Counted from the first letter of the whole stretch, positions 12,687-26,728 are shown. The stretch is DNA of 63,112 bases, filler included, from Octopus bimaculoides (GCF_001194135.2; 8 parts of 8 records of this genome joined end to end with filler, not necessarily neighbours in it); one strand, 5' to 3'. The notes: a model not told the origin generated them from the letters alone. A program made the numbers and translations.

Positions 12687-12878
12687 GTCACCTACGACGT
12701 TCACCAAAAACGTGACTTGATCGATATCTTCGATAAAATCAATGACACGCTTCGTCGTATTGTTGGTCACCTTCACGGAAAATTCCATGATTTACATGAT
12801 TTCTTGCACCAAGCTATTGCCCATGGAAAAGACAAGTTGAAACCTCACATAGAAAACATCAAGAGTTTGGCTAAGACC
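12687..12878 (+). CDS. Secreted helical protein, penultimate exon ([64 protein letters not shown])
   Basis: TTTTTGCAG|G acceptor, donor GTAAGT, 64 open codons (phase 0 to 0), amphipathic periodicity. Confidence 0.88.
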
Positions 12879-12953
12879 GTAAGTTTTATATTTCTTTGAC
12901 TATTTTTACCTTCAATTATCATTCACTTCTTTGTCTCCCTCTCTCACACTCCC

Positions 12954-13296
<343 letters not shown>

Positions 13297-13479
13297 ATCT
13301 CCCTCTACATCCATCCATGCACGCACCCCACCTCCACACATATGTGTATGTTTTGCGTTTGCCTATAAATCCGTCTGTTTAACTATCTGCCTGTATATCT
13401 ATTTTAATTTTGACCATCTAGTTTTCTACCAATATTTACTGGCATGTGTTTATATGCATGTAGGCACTTAATTGCAAAA

Positions 13480-13513
<34 letters not shown>

Positions 13514-13658
13514 ACACAAATACATACACACACAAACACTTACACACACATACATACATACATGCAGTATTACAAGTATCTGTGAGAATCTTATAATATA
13601 GGCATAAAATATAATTGACAGTTACTATACGTTGCTTTCTTTTAAAATTATATAACAG

Positions 13659-13820
13659 TTCATTGACCACATCAACATGGTGAGTGCGAAAGTAGCTCAA
13701 CAAGCTTTGGAATTTTTCAAACCCTGGGCTTCGAAACTCGGTGACACATGGACCAAACTTGTTAAAGACATCCACGAGCGTCTGCAGAAGTTGCACCCTA
13801 CAGCTCTTCCCCTTTATTAA
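13659..13820 (+). CDS. Secreted helical protein, last exon (FIDHINMVSAKVAQQALEFFKPWASKLGDTWTKLVKDIHERLQKLHPTALPLY*)
   Basis: AACAG acceptor in phase 0, open to TAA at 13818-13820, AATAAA 37 nt downstream. Confidence 0.87.
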   Translation, partial: FIDHINMVSAKVAQQALEFFKPWASKLGDTWTKLVKDIHERLQKLHPTALPLY

Positions 13821-13857
13821 GAATTTTAGTAGGCGGAACACGTATGTGCTCATGTTG

Positions 13858-13863
13858 AATAAA
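13858..13863 (+). promoter_or_regulatory. Polyadenylation signal AATAAA of the secreted-protein gene
   Basis: Canonical hexamer just after the stop codon. Confidence 0.7.
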
Positions 13864-14399
13864 GCATTTCTAATGTAATCTGGTCAATTTGTTAATCTTT
13901 TTGTTTTGTTGTTTGTTGTTCCTTCTCAACTCGAGCTGACCATCTTTACCAAAATGAAATGAATTGATGTCGCTAAACACACCATACTGTAGCTGCCAGT
14001 CAGAGAGACGACAGCTACCGACCAACGTCTTGCACGTGGGCCTAAGAATAAGGAAAGAAAATGATGACACTTTCTGACAATAAATTGAGTTGATGAATGG
14101 AGGAAGCCGTCTTGAATTTATCCCCACTAAACTTTAAATTGCATGGAGCTGAGTTAAACTGCTATTAAATAATATATGTAACTCCTACCAAATGTGTCTT
14201 TTGTGTGTCCATTTACACACGTGTGTGTGTATATACATACATACATACATACATACATGCATACATACATACATACATACATACATAATTCAATTAATAT
14301 CACATATGATCAGATGAATTAATAAGTACGTACAATTAGTGTTCAGGTTTGGCTAGAAGCCTGAAACCTCAACTTGAACTGCAGCTAAAACTGGATTAG

Positions 14400-15700
14400 A
14401 GTGCTTAGTACCCACGTTGACACATGCTTTCATTATGCGAATGTCTAAGAACAAGGAGAAGCTTATCAGGACACCCAAACTTCCTCAGAATGCTCCATCA
14501 GGCATTTCAATTCACAATATAAAAAACCTTATTCGGATTGACAAAAAGTTGATACGGGCCATTTGTTCTGAAATTCTCTAACAGAAAAGATCATATCCTT
14601 CGTTCCTCTTCAATTTCTGAAACCTTACTGAGACTTAGGACCTCATCACCTATATTATTGGAAAGCTTGTCCAGCATGATACTACACAGCACCTTGCCTC
14701 CAACAGAGAGAAGAGATATTCGGTAATTCCCACTGGCGGTCCTCCTACCTTTCCTTTGTAGGGGACCACCATTAACGCATCTTTTCAATCATTTAGAATA
14801 TCCGCTTCAATCCAAACATTTTGCATTAATTTAGTTAGACGTTGAACTAGGTTTTCAATTCTACATACCAGCACGGAGACCTTCCATTATTTACCCTTTT
14901 TACAATTTTAAAACTTCTTCAAAGGGAAAGAAAACTTCTGCCATGTATTCTTTTGTGGACATACAGGGAATCATGCAAACAAACCTGAGAAGGCCTATTT
15001 AAAAGTTTGTTAAAGTGTTCCACTTTACATGCATGTCTTTAGAATATCTGAGCAATTCTTTGCTACCCAGAGTACGCAGGGGAGCAACAGGAGAGGAAGA
15101 TGATCTATGAAACTGTAGAAACATGTTATACAGTACTTTCATATTTTTGGAGTCAGATGTAAATTGAATCAGATCTTCTTTATTACTCTATCATCTTGTA
15201 TGTTAACTAATCTATACTGTACCTTACATTTCACCTCCTAGTGCAAGGATTTTTTTATTATGCATTTCTGGTTCTCCTTCAAGGATTCTTGTAGGCTCGA
15301 CATTCATTTCATTTTATAGTGTCTGAACCTTTTCATCAATTACATCAAACCGATCTTAATGCTTTAATTCCACTAAACGTAGAACATCTTTGCAAACGTT
15401 ATTACGAGCATTTTGAACTTTTTGAACTCTTCCCACGAATCATTGAAATGAGTATTGTTCATTCTTTTCAAATCTTTCCCAATGGGTATCATCTTTTAGG
15501 CGAGTCGCATTTAATGTCTTTAGAATGGTCACAACATTGACTCTTACTTTCTCTTTTATAACAAGCGTCACCTTTGCATGACCAAGACAACGATCTGCTC
15601 CACGCATCACGTGGATATTACATACCTCACGAACATCACGACTACAAATAAGAATAAAATCAATCATGTACCAGTGCCTGGATGCATCCAGACTGTTTTG
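14400..15700 (-). mobile_element. Very degenerate APE-type LINE (RTE/L2-like) remnant
   Basis: IDFILICSRDVREVCNIHVMRGADRCLGHAKV resembles the APE endonuclease C-terminus; GNYRISLLSVGGKVLCSIMLDKL resembles the RT N-terminal motif; order is correct on the - strand. Confidence 0.7.
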
Positions 15701-16700
15701 TTTTTATGTAGCATGATATTCACTACCTACAAACCCAAATCTTGACACGTTTGCAGGTGTAACAAGCCGTTAATATTGTACTTTCCAGAACCATGATTTC
15801 CAGTTACATGACAACGTTCTTAGCACAAGGGATCTTGTAGACAAGCTTCTTAGCGTAAGATAAAATGCTAGCTTTTTAATCTTCAGTTGCTACCAGCACT
15901 GATCTTCTTTCGATGCGTGTTTTAAAGAATCTATAATCTAATAAGGTACTAATATTTACAATAACTAATATTCAAAAGTTTAAATTTTCTCACTATAACA
16001 AGATGATGACCGGGCCCAGGCTGCTGTGCACAGGAACAGCTACCGAGTCAAATCCTTTCACTATTTGTTCCAGTGTCCTTATTGCCATTAGTCTGTAAAT
16101 TATAGTAAATTTTCCTTGAGTGCTTCCCCCACCTTATTTTTTTTTTTTGGCTACAGCCAGTCATAGTATGCAACGCATAAAAGAGTTGGTAAAAATCAAG
16201 CAGCGCCTGTACCTAAATGTTTTTAAAGTGAGAAATGGCCTTACATAGAACCACTGCCACTCTCTAAATGATGTACAAATTTGTCCCCAAAACAAGAACT
16301 AGTCGAAAATCACTGGGTACAAACGAAGTTGTATGTGTTACGTCAGAGTTTTCCATCTTCCGCAGAGGTTTCTAAACAAAGACTAAAGTCTCTCGCACAC
16401 CTAGCTAATTGATGGTCATTGACTCTACAAAGTTCACCCGCCGATTTATAGGTTTCGAGTTTCAGCATGCAGCGTATCAAACATAAACTACTCTACTTAC
16501 CAAGCAGGTAAAAATAGCCCACAAAATATTCACATAATTTCGCAAAGCATACATTTATCGAAGTATAACTATACATGTATGGTGAAGAGGCTTTACCTAC
16601 TCGTCGTTCTTGAGTTTTCACCTCTTGACTATCTCCCATTTATTACATTCAGTAATTACTATACATACATACATACATACATACATACATACATGCATAC

Positions 16701-16757
<57 letters not shown>

Positions 16758-16857
16758 NNNNNNNNNNNNNNNNNNNNNNNNNNNNNNNNNNNNNNNNNNN
16801 NTTAATTAATTAANNNNNNNNNNNNNNNNNNNNNNNNNNNNNNNNNNNNNNNNNNNN

Positions 16858-17080
16858 GCGAGCTGGCAGAAACGTTAGCACGCCGGGCGAAATGCTTAGA
16901 GGTATTTCGTCTGCCGTTACGTTCTGAGTTCAAATTCTGCCGAGGTCGACTTTGCCTTTCATCCTTTCGGGGTCGATTAAATAAGTACCAGTTACGCACT
17001 GGGGTTGATATAATCGACTTAATCTGTTTGTCTGTCCTTGTTTGTCCCCTCTGTGTGTAGCACCTTGTGGGCAATAAAGA
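16858..17080 (+). mobile_element. SINE family B copy
   Basis: Little-diverged homologue of 116-321. Confidence 0.85.
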
Positions 17081-17307
17081 AATAACACACACAGAGACAC
17101 ACACAGACACACATACACACACACACACACACACAGAAAATGCATGTACAAACAAACTGATAGATAAATAGATAGGAAAGAGAGAGAAAGAGAGGGTGGG
17201 TAGTTGACAATAAAGATGATGATGTTGATAACGATGATGATGATGATGACAGCGATGATGATGATAACGATGATGATGACAAGGACGACGACGACGTCGA
17301 CTACAAC

Positions 17308-17344
<37 letters not shown>

Positions 17345-17875
17345 TCGGCAATGATTGTAAGTTATATTTATTGCTGTTGAACGTTTGGACGAGACAAGAA
17401 GAAACCATCGGAATAAATAAGTTGCTTTCATCCTTATTGGACCCTTATTTTACACGGGTGAAAGGTCAATGACCCCTCTTTTGAGCTTTTCCTTTGATGT
17501 CCACCGCCGAATTAATCATTCATTATCGAATTATCAAAGAATTTGAAAACAAGTCTTAAACATTCCCAGCAGCGAACGTCCATNNNNNNNNNNNNNNNNN
17601 NNNNNNNNNNNNNNNNNNNNNNNNNNNNNNNNNNNNNNNNNNNNNNNNNNNNNNNNNNNNNNNNNNNNNNNNNNNNNNNNNNNNNNNNNNNNNNNNNNNN
17701 NNNNNNNNNNNNNNNNNNNNNNNNNNNNNNNNNNNNNNNNNNNNNNNNNNNNNNNNNNNNNNNNNNNNNNNNNNNNNNNNNNNNNNNNNNNNNNNNNNNN
17801 NNNNNNNNNNNNNNNNNNNNNNNNNNNNNNNNNNNNNNNNNCACACACACACAAATATGTTTATCCGTCCGTCCG

Positions 17876-17934
<59 letters not shown>

Positions 17935-17951
17935 ATCTATCTATCTATCGA

Positions 17952-18187
17952 CAGTAAGCCCTCTCCACGTCACGGTTCACCTACCGCGGTTCACTTATCG
18001 CGGTTTATTATTTAAGCTTACGTCGGTTCCTCCGTGGTGTTGTTTTGCATTTATAATAAAATTAATTTATACAAATCATAAAAATAATAAAAGAAATATA
18101 CAGTACAACAGTGTTTCTACTTCGCGGATTTTCACCTATAGCGAGGGGCTTTGAAACACAACGCCCGCGATAGTCGAGGGATTATTG
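17952..18187. mobile_element. MITE with imperfect TIRs (pogo/Tigger-like, TA target)
   Basis: Left end CAGTAAGCCCTC...CGG; right end CCGCGATAGTCGAGGGATTATTG|TA; AT-rich interior, about 236 bp. Confidence 0.65.
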
Positions 18188-18884
18188 TACCTATCTGTCT
18201 ATCTGTCCATCCGTCCTTCCATCCATCTTCTCTGTCTATCTCTCTCCCTCTCTTGTTCTTCATCCTTTCTGTCTTTCTCTCCCACCCTTTCCCTATTCTT
18301 CTCTCCCTTTCGCTGTTCCCTCTCTCTCACTCTTCCTCCTTGGCTCTCTTGTCGCTGATACGTGACGAAAGGGGATCTTTCTTTCTGTCCACTGCCTTCC
18401 TAAAGAAAAGACGTGCTTTTTTCTGTCTCTTCTCTCATAGCTCGTCTACCTAGCGTTCATAATAATTTTTCTATCGTCTTCGCTCAACAGCCCTCACCGT
18501 TTGTTTTTACTGTCTTGTTCTCACTGCCCTGTTCTTATTAACACTTTCACCCTCCACAAAAAATCCCAAATTTGATTTAATTTGCTTTGCGGGAAGGACT
18601 GTTTCAACGAAGTCGCGTATTGTCCTTGCCTTCGAAACGCAGAGTAGATGGAACAGGGACAACTGACGAAGGGATATACTCTTTATGTTGCATTACTCAT
18701 TTCTCTGTTTTTTTTCGTTGTTCAAAAAAAGTTCGTTTTCTGTTTTCGTTTTTATGTTTTCGTTTCTCATTGTGTTTAATGTTTTTTTTAATGTCCTGTA
18801 CCCATGTATACCTGTATATATATACATATGTAGGTATGTACATATATGTATGGATATATGCATATATTTATATATTATTTATAT

Positions 18885-18919
<35 letters not shown>

Positions 18920-18921
<2 letters not shown>

Positions 18922-19085
18922 CTGACAGCCGGTGTTGGTGTGTTTACGGCACCGTGACTCAGCGGTTCGGTAAGGCTTACAAAGAATAAGTCCTGATGTC
19001 GATTTCTTTGACTAAAAACCCTTAAAGGCAGTGCTCCAGCAAGGCCGCAGTCAAATCACTGAAACGTGTAAAATAATAAAAGAAT
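18920..19085 (+). mobile_element. SINE family A, 3' portion
   Basis: GGTGTGTTTACG...GCGGTTCGG...AAGAATAAGTCC...GCTCCAGCAAGGCCGCAGTCAAAT shared with 28060-28225. Confidence 0.8.
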
Positions 19086-19659
19086 ATATATATTTTCTTG
19101 TCAGATTCTTTTTGTCTCAATGCCTCAACCAGCCAACAACCGAACCAGCCAACTAGCAAGCCCCCGTGTACTAGTTACCCCCGTCACCCCGCAGTCCATC
19201 CATCCATCTGTCCATCCGTCTGTCTGTCCGTCCGTTCACCCAGCCATCTAACCAGCCAGCCATCCATTCATTCATCCAACCTTCCAGCTAGTCTACCAGC
19301 AAACCAGCCAGCCAGCCAGTTCTGTCAATCTGCCAGTCTTATCCGACCGAGCTACCTACCACCCTACCAACCTACCTGCCTGCCTGCCTAACTGGCTGAC
19401 AGGCTGTCTGTCAGTCTGTCAGTCTGTGTTTCTCATCAATCAGTCTGGCTGAACTGCCAAACACACACATACACACATACACACACGTTCATACACACAT
19501 GCACACGTGGCCCACACACATGCACACGTGCCCACACACGCACGCACACATATGCACACGTGCTCTCACACACACACACACAAAGCACTCGGCTAATATA
19601 TCTCCCACATTCGATGTGTTAGCGACATCAGATACTCAACCTCTGTAACGAACCCTATT

Positions 19660-19780
19660 GTTTGCACGTTTAATTACGATGTGTTTTTTCTCATTCACTC
19701 ACTCTCCTTCTTTCTTTCCCCCCTCTCACTCTATCCCTTTCCGTCTTTCTCCTCCTCTTTCTCCCCCGCTTTATTCTTCT

Positions 19781-19818
<38 letters not shown>

Positions 19819-21129
19819 CGTCGATTCTACCTTCCTCTTTCTTTATCCCTTTCGCTCTTTTCCTTTCTTCGCCTCTCTTATTCGTCTTCCTCTCACTCGC
19901 TTTCTTCTTCCTTCTTTCTTTCTTTCTTTCTCTCTCTTCCCCACACTCTTCATCTACTTTCATCGATCTACCTTTCTTTCTTCCTCTCCCTCCCTCCCTC
20001 TTCGCTTTCTGTCTGTCTGTTTCTGACTCTCCTTGCTCTCTTTCTCATTCTCTTTCGCTCTCTATCTTTCTCTCGATCTCTCCCCTCTCTCTTTCTGTCT
20101 GTCTCTCTCTCTCCCTCGAAGGTGTGTGCTTGTTTGGGTAGTGGTGATAGTAGTGGCTGCAGTGGTAGTAACAGAAGGTGGTGGTTGTAGTTGATAGTAG
20201 TAGTAAGTAGTAATAGTGGTAGTTGGTTAGCAGTGGCGGTGGTGGTGGTGGTGCAGACAGCGTTCCGCTGGTTGCGGCCTCTAGTAGTAGTGGGAGTAGA
20301 AGCAATAACGGTAGTTGTCGTGATGGTGGTGGTAGTAGTAGAATTACTAATAGTAGTAGTTATCATGAAGGTGGTGGGAGTGACGGAGTAGTAAACGCAC
20401 GTTGTGGTGATGGTGGCAGTAGTAGTCATAGTAGTGGTGACAATCATGGTGAGGGTGATGGTAGTGGGAGCGATAGCGGCATGTAAGAAGGTAGTGGTGG
20501 GAGTAGAGGCAATAATAATAGTGGCAGCGGTAGTGGTAGGAGTAGTGAAAGTAATAGTGGTAGATGTCGTCTGCAGCGGAACAATAAGTAGGAGGTAACA
20601 ATAGTGGTGGCGGTTGTAGGATGTCGTATAAAAGCGATGGTGATGTTGATGATGGTGGTTATGGTGGTGGTGGTGGAATTGGTCATGATGATGGTGGCGG
20701 CGATGATGATGGTAGTGGTGGTGGTGGTGGTGGTGGTAGTAAACGATAAATAGCAGGGGGAGTAGAAGTAGGAATAGTAGTAAAGGTAACAGTAGTATGT
20801 GGTGGCAGTAGTTAAACATCGATAGTAGTAGATTATGTTGAGTGTTAGAAGGAGGTAACGGCTACAGTAGTAGAGGTAGCAGTAGGAATAGTGATGGTGG
20901 TAGCTATTGTAGTAATGTCATAGTAGCCAGTGTGGTCGTAGTGGTTGTAGCTAGTGTAGTAGTGACAGTGATAGCTTGAGTCGTAGTATGCATAGTGGTT
21001 GCTACTGTAGCAATATAGACATAGTAGCTACTGTAATAGATGTGGTTGTAGTTCGGGTGATATGCTATACGCACTTGTCATAGTTTCGGTGGTAGTGGTT
21101 TATGGTGTATGGTAGTTCTGGCTCAAAAC

Positions 21130-21175
<46 letters not shown>

Positions 21176-21178
21176 AGT
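19660..21178. repeat. Low-complexity tract: CT-rich, then cryptic (GTA/GTG/GAT)n
   Basis: Read directly; source of the poly-S/V/T/H ORFs. Confidence 0.9.
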
Positions 21179-21278
21179 NNNNNNNNNNNNNNNNNNNNNN
21201 NNNNNNNNNNNNNNNNNNNNNNTTAATTAATTAANNNNNNNNNNNNNNNNNNNNNNNNNNNNNNNNNNNNNNNNNNNN

Positions 21279-21322
<44 letters not shown>

Positions 21323-22289
21323 TATATATTTATATATTATAGAAATGTGCATATAATTTCTTTTGGAGAAGTAATTATTCACACATATATTGCATGAAGA
21401 ACCATACCTACAACAATACCAGAGATTGACATCAAGAGTTCCAGGAACCTGGATTATGCAAGAAATTGGTGTTAAGTGGTCAGAAGCATTACAGGGTTAA
21501 CTAGCAAGCTTTGAGCTGCAAACCAATGGCTTGCTCAATCTGTCAAATTTCTATTTGTTATGGGATGTAGCATATTGCTGTGGTGACCTTCAGCTGTTAC
21601 TGCCACTATTATATATTAAGTACACTACTCAAAGATAGATTGGTTTCTTTTGATTCCTGTGTTGCCTTTTTAATCAAAACTTCTGTACTGTTGTTTCTAT
21701 TTTGTTTTCAGTTTTTCATTTTAAGTCTTTGTGTATGTTACTTTTGTTGTGTTAACCAGGTTTATCTTCTTCCCACAGATTTCTCTATTTGGTGTTCTTT
21801 TTATCAACACTAACTTAACTCTTATACACACACATACACACACACATACACACACACATACACACCACGTGCATGCACATACATACACACACACACACAG
21901 GACTGTTATAAATATGTGTGAATCTTTATTTTACCATCATAATTTTAACATACACTTTTCCATGCTTGCATGGATTGGGCAAAGCTCATTGAAGCAGATT
22001 TTCTATGACTAAATTCTCTTCTTATCATCAAATGTCATCTGTTTTTGAACAAGATACTATTTTCCTTTGGCCAGACATGTTCTTGCAGAATATTTGAAAT
22101 GAATGGCACTGCATAGATGATAATGATGCTCATTTACAAAAATAATGTGATGTCAAGACATGGAAACACAAATATACACACATTCACACTCACACACATA
22201 AACATACATACTTACATACATAATGCTTACATACATATATACATACATACACATATATGTGTATGTGTGTGTGTGTGTATGTATACATA

Positions 22290-23677
22290 CAGAAGCTGCA
22301 CAAAATAATGGAAACACCTAGCATGATAGCATCATAATTTTGAAATATCTATAAAACCATCAAAAGCATGTTTTTTTTTTTTTTGATCTGTTATTAGTGT
22401 TGCTTAATGTGTTTTGCTAAAATTACCGTTTCTTTTCAGATATCATAAAAAAAGAGTAATTAAAATTCATTAAAATGACAGATCTATTGGACTTTCAAAG
22501 AGGTTGAATTGTTGGTGCTCATATGGCAGGCGCTAGCATAACAAAAGCAGTCAAAATGTTTGGCGTATCAAGAAGTACTGTCGTGAAAATAATGACAGTC
22601 TTTGAGAAAGAGGGAAAATCTCCTCGTCAGAACAAAATTCCGGAAGAAAGCCAAAACTTTTCGATAGGGAACGTCGGACTCTTATGCAAATCATTAGAAA
22701 AGATCACAAAAGTACAGCTCCCGAAATTACTGCAGAGCTTAATGTCCACCTTGAAAACCCAGTTTCCACAAAACTGTTCACCGGGAGCTGCACAAGGCCG
22801 GATTTTATGGGAGGGCTGCTCTCAGAAAACCACTACTTTCAAAAACAAACATTGCAAAGCATTTAGAGTTGAGTAAAAACCTACAGAATTGGTCCCTAGA
22901 CCAGTGGAAGAATGTTATTTTCTTGAACGAGCCATCCTTTACCCTATTCCCGACCTTGAGTATCTGTGTGGAGACAGCCAAAACCCAGACTGCTTTCTTC
23001 CAACTGTTAAGCATGGAGAAGGATCTGTGATGATCTGGGGGTCTATATCTTGGAAATCTGCTGGCCCACTGGTTTCCCTTCATGGCAGAATTAATAATCA
23101 AGATTATTTAATCATTTTATCTGATCAAATTCATCCTATGGTTGCAGAGCTGTTTCCGGAGGGAAAACGCAATCTTTCAGGATGATAATGCACCAATTCA
23201 CACAGCTAAAGTTGTTACTGAAGGGCATGAGGAACATTATAGTGAAGCTGAACATCTTATCTGGTCACCACAGTCCCCAGATCTCAATATTATTGAACAT
23301 TTATAGGGCATTTTCCAAAAGCAAGTAAGGAGTCAATATCCTCCACCATCATCACTTCAAGAACTGGAAACTGCTTTAGCTGAAGAATCATCATCATCAT
23401 CATCATCATCGTTTAACGTCCGCTTTCCATGCTAGCATGGGTTGGACGACTTGAATGAGGACTGGTGAAACCGGATGGCAACACCAGGATCCAATATAAA
23501 TTTGGCAGAGTTTCTACAGCTGGATGCCCTTCAATTCCTTTGGAAACAATTGAAACTTTGTACGAGCCCATGCCTCATATAATTCAAGCTGTAATTACTG
23601 CCAAAGGCGGTCCACCCCATATTAACATAAATTTGTTTGAAATTTTAAGGTGTTTTCATTATCTTGTCCAACCCCTG
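22290..23677 (+). mobile_element. Near full-length, inactivated Tc1 (DD34E) transposon
   Basis: TA|CAG..ACAAAATAATGGAAACACC and GGTGTTTTCATTATCTTGTCCAACCCCTG|TA TIRs. Transposase motifs VMIWGSIS, FQDDNAPIHTA and QSPDLNIIEHL with stops and frameshifts. SINE fragment inserted at about 23385-23530. Confidence 0.93.
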
Positions 23678-23789
23678 TATATACATGTCAATGAACTACC
23701 AACGAAAACTCATAGACACCCATGACATAATAATCCAACTGCTTGTACCAGTCCTGTACAACACACTCGATCAAATAAGCCTACCAAAA

Positions 23790-24600
23790 GATATAGGAAT
23801 CAGGATGTTCTCTGGTTCAAGCTGATTTTTGGTTGGCATGTTTCAACCAAGATCACTGGAAAAAATTTGTTGCTGCTTTGAGCAATCGTTTTTCTAAATC
23901 TAATCAGTATCATGCTATTTTTAATTGGCACACCACGAAAGTATCCTACGCCAACTCTGCTAATTTAGAGCAGCTTATGTATCGCATAAACAATAGCAAA
24001 ATGTGGCAAAGGTTCAGTAACCCACCTATTGGATCTAGCAAACATATGTATTTAAATACCAACCTAGGCGATATAAACTGCAATGATAAACACCAATTAC
24101 AACAAAATTGTAGTAATGGAAATACTTATGATACAGATATCACAGTAACAATGTTGGTAAATGAAGTTGGGACTGCCTTATATACAAATAAATAAAAAAA
24201 AAATGCTCATACAGAGAAAAATTAAAATGTTCCTTGATGAATCTCTGTATGTGTACAAATCTTGTATATTAATGTACCATGCACACACGGAGAGGGCCAT
24301 ATGTTTGCATTGGGCAGACGACTGATTCATTTAAGAATTGTTATCATAACCATGTTGCCAGCATTAAGGCAATCAATAAGAGACATTAAGCATCTTTGGC
24401 AGCTGAAGGGGAATAAAATGAAGTACAGCATAACTTGGTCCACAGTAAAGTACGTGAAACCATACAATATAATTTCCAGGAGATGCTGTCTCTGCTCCAA
24501 GAAATCCCTGTCTATTCTGTGGACTAAACGCAAAGATCATTAATAGAATTTCTGAAAGACTCTTGAGATGCCTACATGCATATAAATGTACTTTCGCACA
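23790..24600 (+). mobile_element. Penelope-like element remnant (GIY-YIG endonuclease region)
   Basis: RNQDVLWF...KKFV..LSNRFSKS..YHAIFNWHTTKVSY and HLWQLK...YSITWS...CCLC match the post-RT linker and GIY-YIG C-terminus of PLEs. Confidence 0.75.
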
Positions 24601-25389
24601 AGGCAGGGGGAATGAATTTTGAATAACTGTTAATATAATTTAATTTACTTTAAAGTATGGATGACTTAAGTTTACTTTTAACTTCCCCATTCTTGCAAAC
24701 ACCAAGTAGATAGTTAATTTGGTTTGTGACCATGAGAGCACCAAGCCTCACGTATGTGTATGCTCACATTTTTGTGGATGCTTGTATGAGTGAGTGTACT
24801 CGTGCCATGCAGCTTGTCCAAGGGCTTTTATACATCCAGATCTGTTAACGGTTATTTTCAATACTTTCCTTGCTGGATTGCATATTCGTTTCTCTTTTTG
24901 TCATCTGCGATTTTATTTTTTATCTTCTATATAAATGAAGATATTTCCTCCATCTGGCTGCTTTTCCTTCTACAAAATGGAAGTTACATTGCAGAACTGT
25001 TATTTTATTGAGTCGCATCCATTTATCACCCGACAAGATACATTTGCAAATCTGGATGCTCTTGAACCAGTTGTTGAGTGTTCCACCCATGAGGGATCAA
25101 TGCTAGATGTGGCGAAACATTTGTCAGGATTAATAAATTCTCATATGTTCCATCTCTCATTTCCATATATATTTATACATAAGTATGCATGCTACTGTTT
25201 ATTTCAAAATTTCTTGGCAATAGAGAAAGAGCTGGTTTCTAATCTAGATTCAAGGCTCCTTCATTGGGATTTCAACATCAACAACAGGGTATTTTTGTTT
25301 ATATGTATATATATATATGTGCAGATTTATATGTTTTGTTTTATGTATGTATTCTCATGCATATTGTTGCATATCTAGACATGCACATA

Positions 25390-25758
25390 TATATTTAAAT
25401 GATAAACTTCTGGAAAGTTTTACAGATTTTTACAGTTCCAGTGATGGATTGGATCTGTAGTCTTCAAATTAGCTTTCTCCTTTCTGGTTTTGAGAAGCCT
25501 AATTTCTCAAGATTGATATTTAGGCAGTGTGTTACATATCCCAGGGCCCAAATAATTACAGGTATAAACCTGACCTTGTAATCTGGATAGAGTAACTGTA
25601 GATTTCTCAATAGATCTGTGTAGGTGTTCTCTTTCTCATTGAACTTCAGCTTTATGTTAACATCTGCTGGCCAGCTAATTTCCACAACTGTGCACAGTTT
25701 CTTTTCTCCTTCCCAAATCATTATATCAGGTTTGTTGTGCTTACATTTTATTGTTGTA
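25390..25758 (-). mobile_element. RLE-type non-LTR retrotransposon 3' fragment
   Basis: KHNKPDIMIW...VVEISWPADVN...KENTY...IPVII.ALG is a PD-(D/E)xK-like RLE domain, ending GTVKICKTF; abuts a (TATG)n tract. Confidence 0.8.
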
Positions 25759-26653
25759 TGTATGTATATACCTATGTATGCATGTATGTACATACCTATG
25801 TATGCATGTATGTATGTACGTATGTATGTATGTATGTATGCATGTATGTACATACCTATGTATGCATGTAAGTATGTATGTATGTATGTATGTATGCACA
25901 TACATACATACGTTTGTATGTATATATGCATGTGTCAGATCACTTGTGAGGTCTCTCATGTGTGCTAATGGTAACATGGAATCCATACAATATGTTGCAT
26001 GGTCGGATTGTTGGCAACTTAACCAGTACTCCAACCAAAGCTTGCCTGGCGAGGAGGGTTACTAGAAACCCAGGAGGACTAAAAACTTGACCTGTCAAAA
26101 GGACAGTTCTACCTAGTGTAAGTTCTATGACTATCTATCAATAACACAATCCCTCAGACATTCCAGGTTGGTGTCCAGCATCCTAGAAGACCACTGGGCG
26201 TGAGGCAGACCTTAACTTTACCTAGCATGTCTCTAGGAGATGGTCAATGATATAAAACCACATATGTAAGGAATAACATTGGACATTTTGGAGATCTTTT
26301 GCTTGTGCTTGAGATCATAGTGCTCCCACATTCCTAAGCTTGCAACCTATATTGGCACTGGATATTTTGGTCTGACTTGTTTCTTGATTATAACAGTAGG
26401 GTGGAAAGGGTCTGTTACTGGACTTATAATAATTGGCTATGCAATGGCCAGCAAGGTGTCTATCTGATGCCTAATCAAGTAGGAGGACACCACAGTGAGT
26501 ATGGAAGCAGCAGTCTTTAATCCAGGTGAAGCCAGCTTCTGGTGCAATAACCTCATGCACAGTCATTGCTAGCACTGGTCAGTAATGTTCTTCCTCATTC
26601 ATAAGTGGATAGCCATCATTATCATTATCATCATCATCATTGTCATCATCATA

Positions 26654-26728
<75 letters not shown>

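Noticed and set aside
13404-13853. 149-aa minus-strand ORF
   Set aside because: Antisense shadow of the real + strand last exon plus a CA microsatellite.
19658-20819. Poly-S/V/T/H/L ORFs, and similar ones at 48233-48541 and 56188-56902
   Set aside because: Translations of simple trinucleotide repeats, open on several frames and strands, with no splice or homology support.
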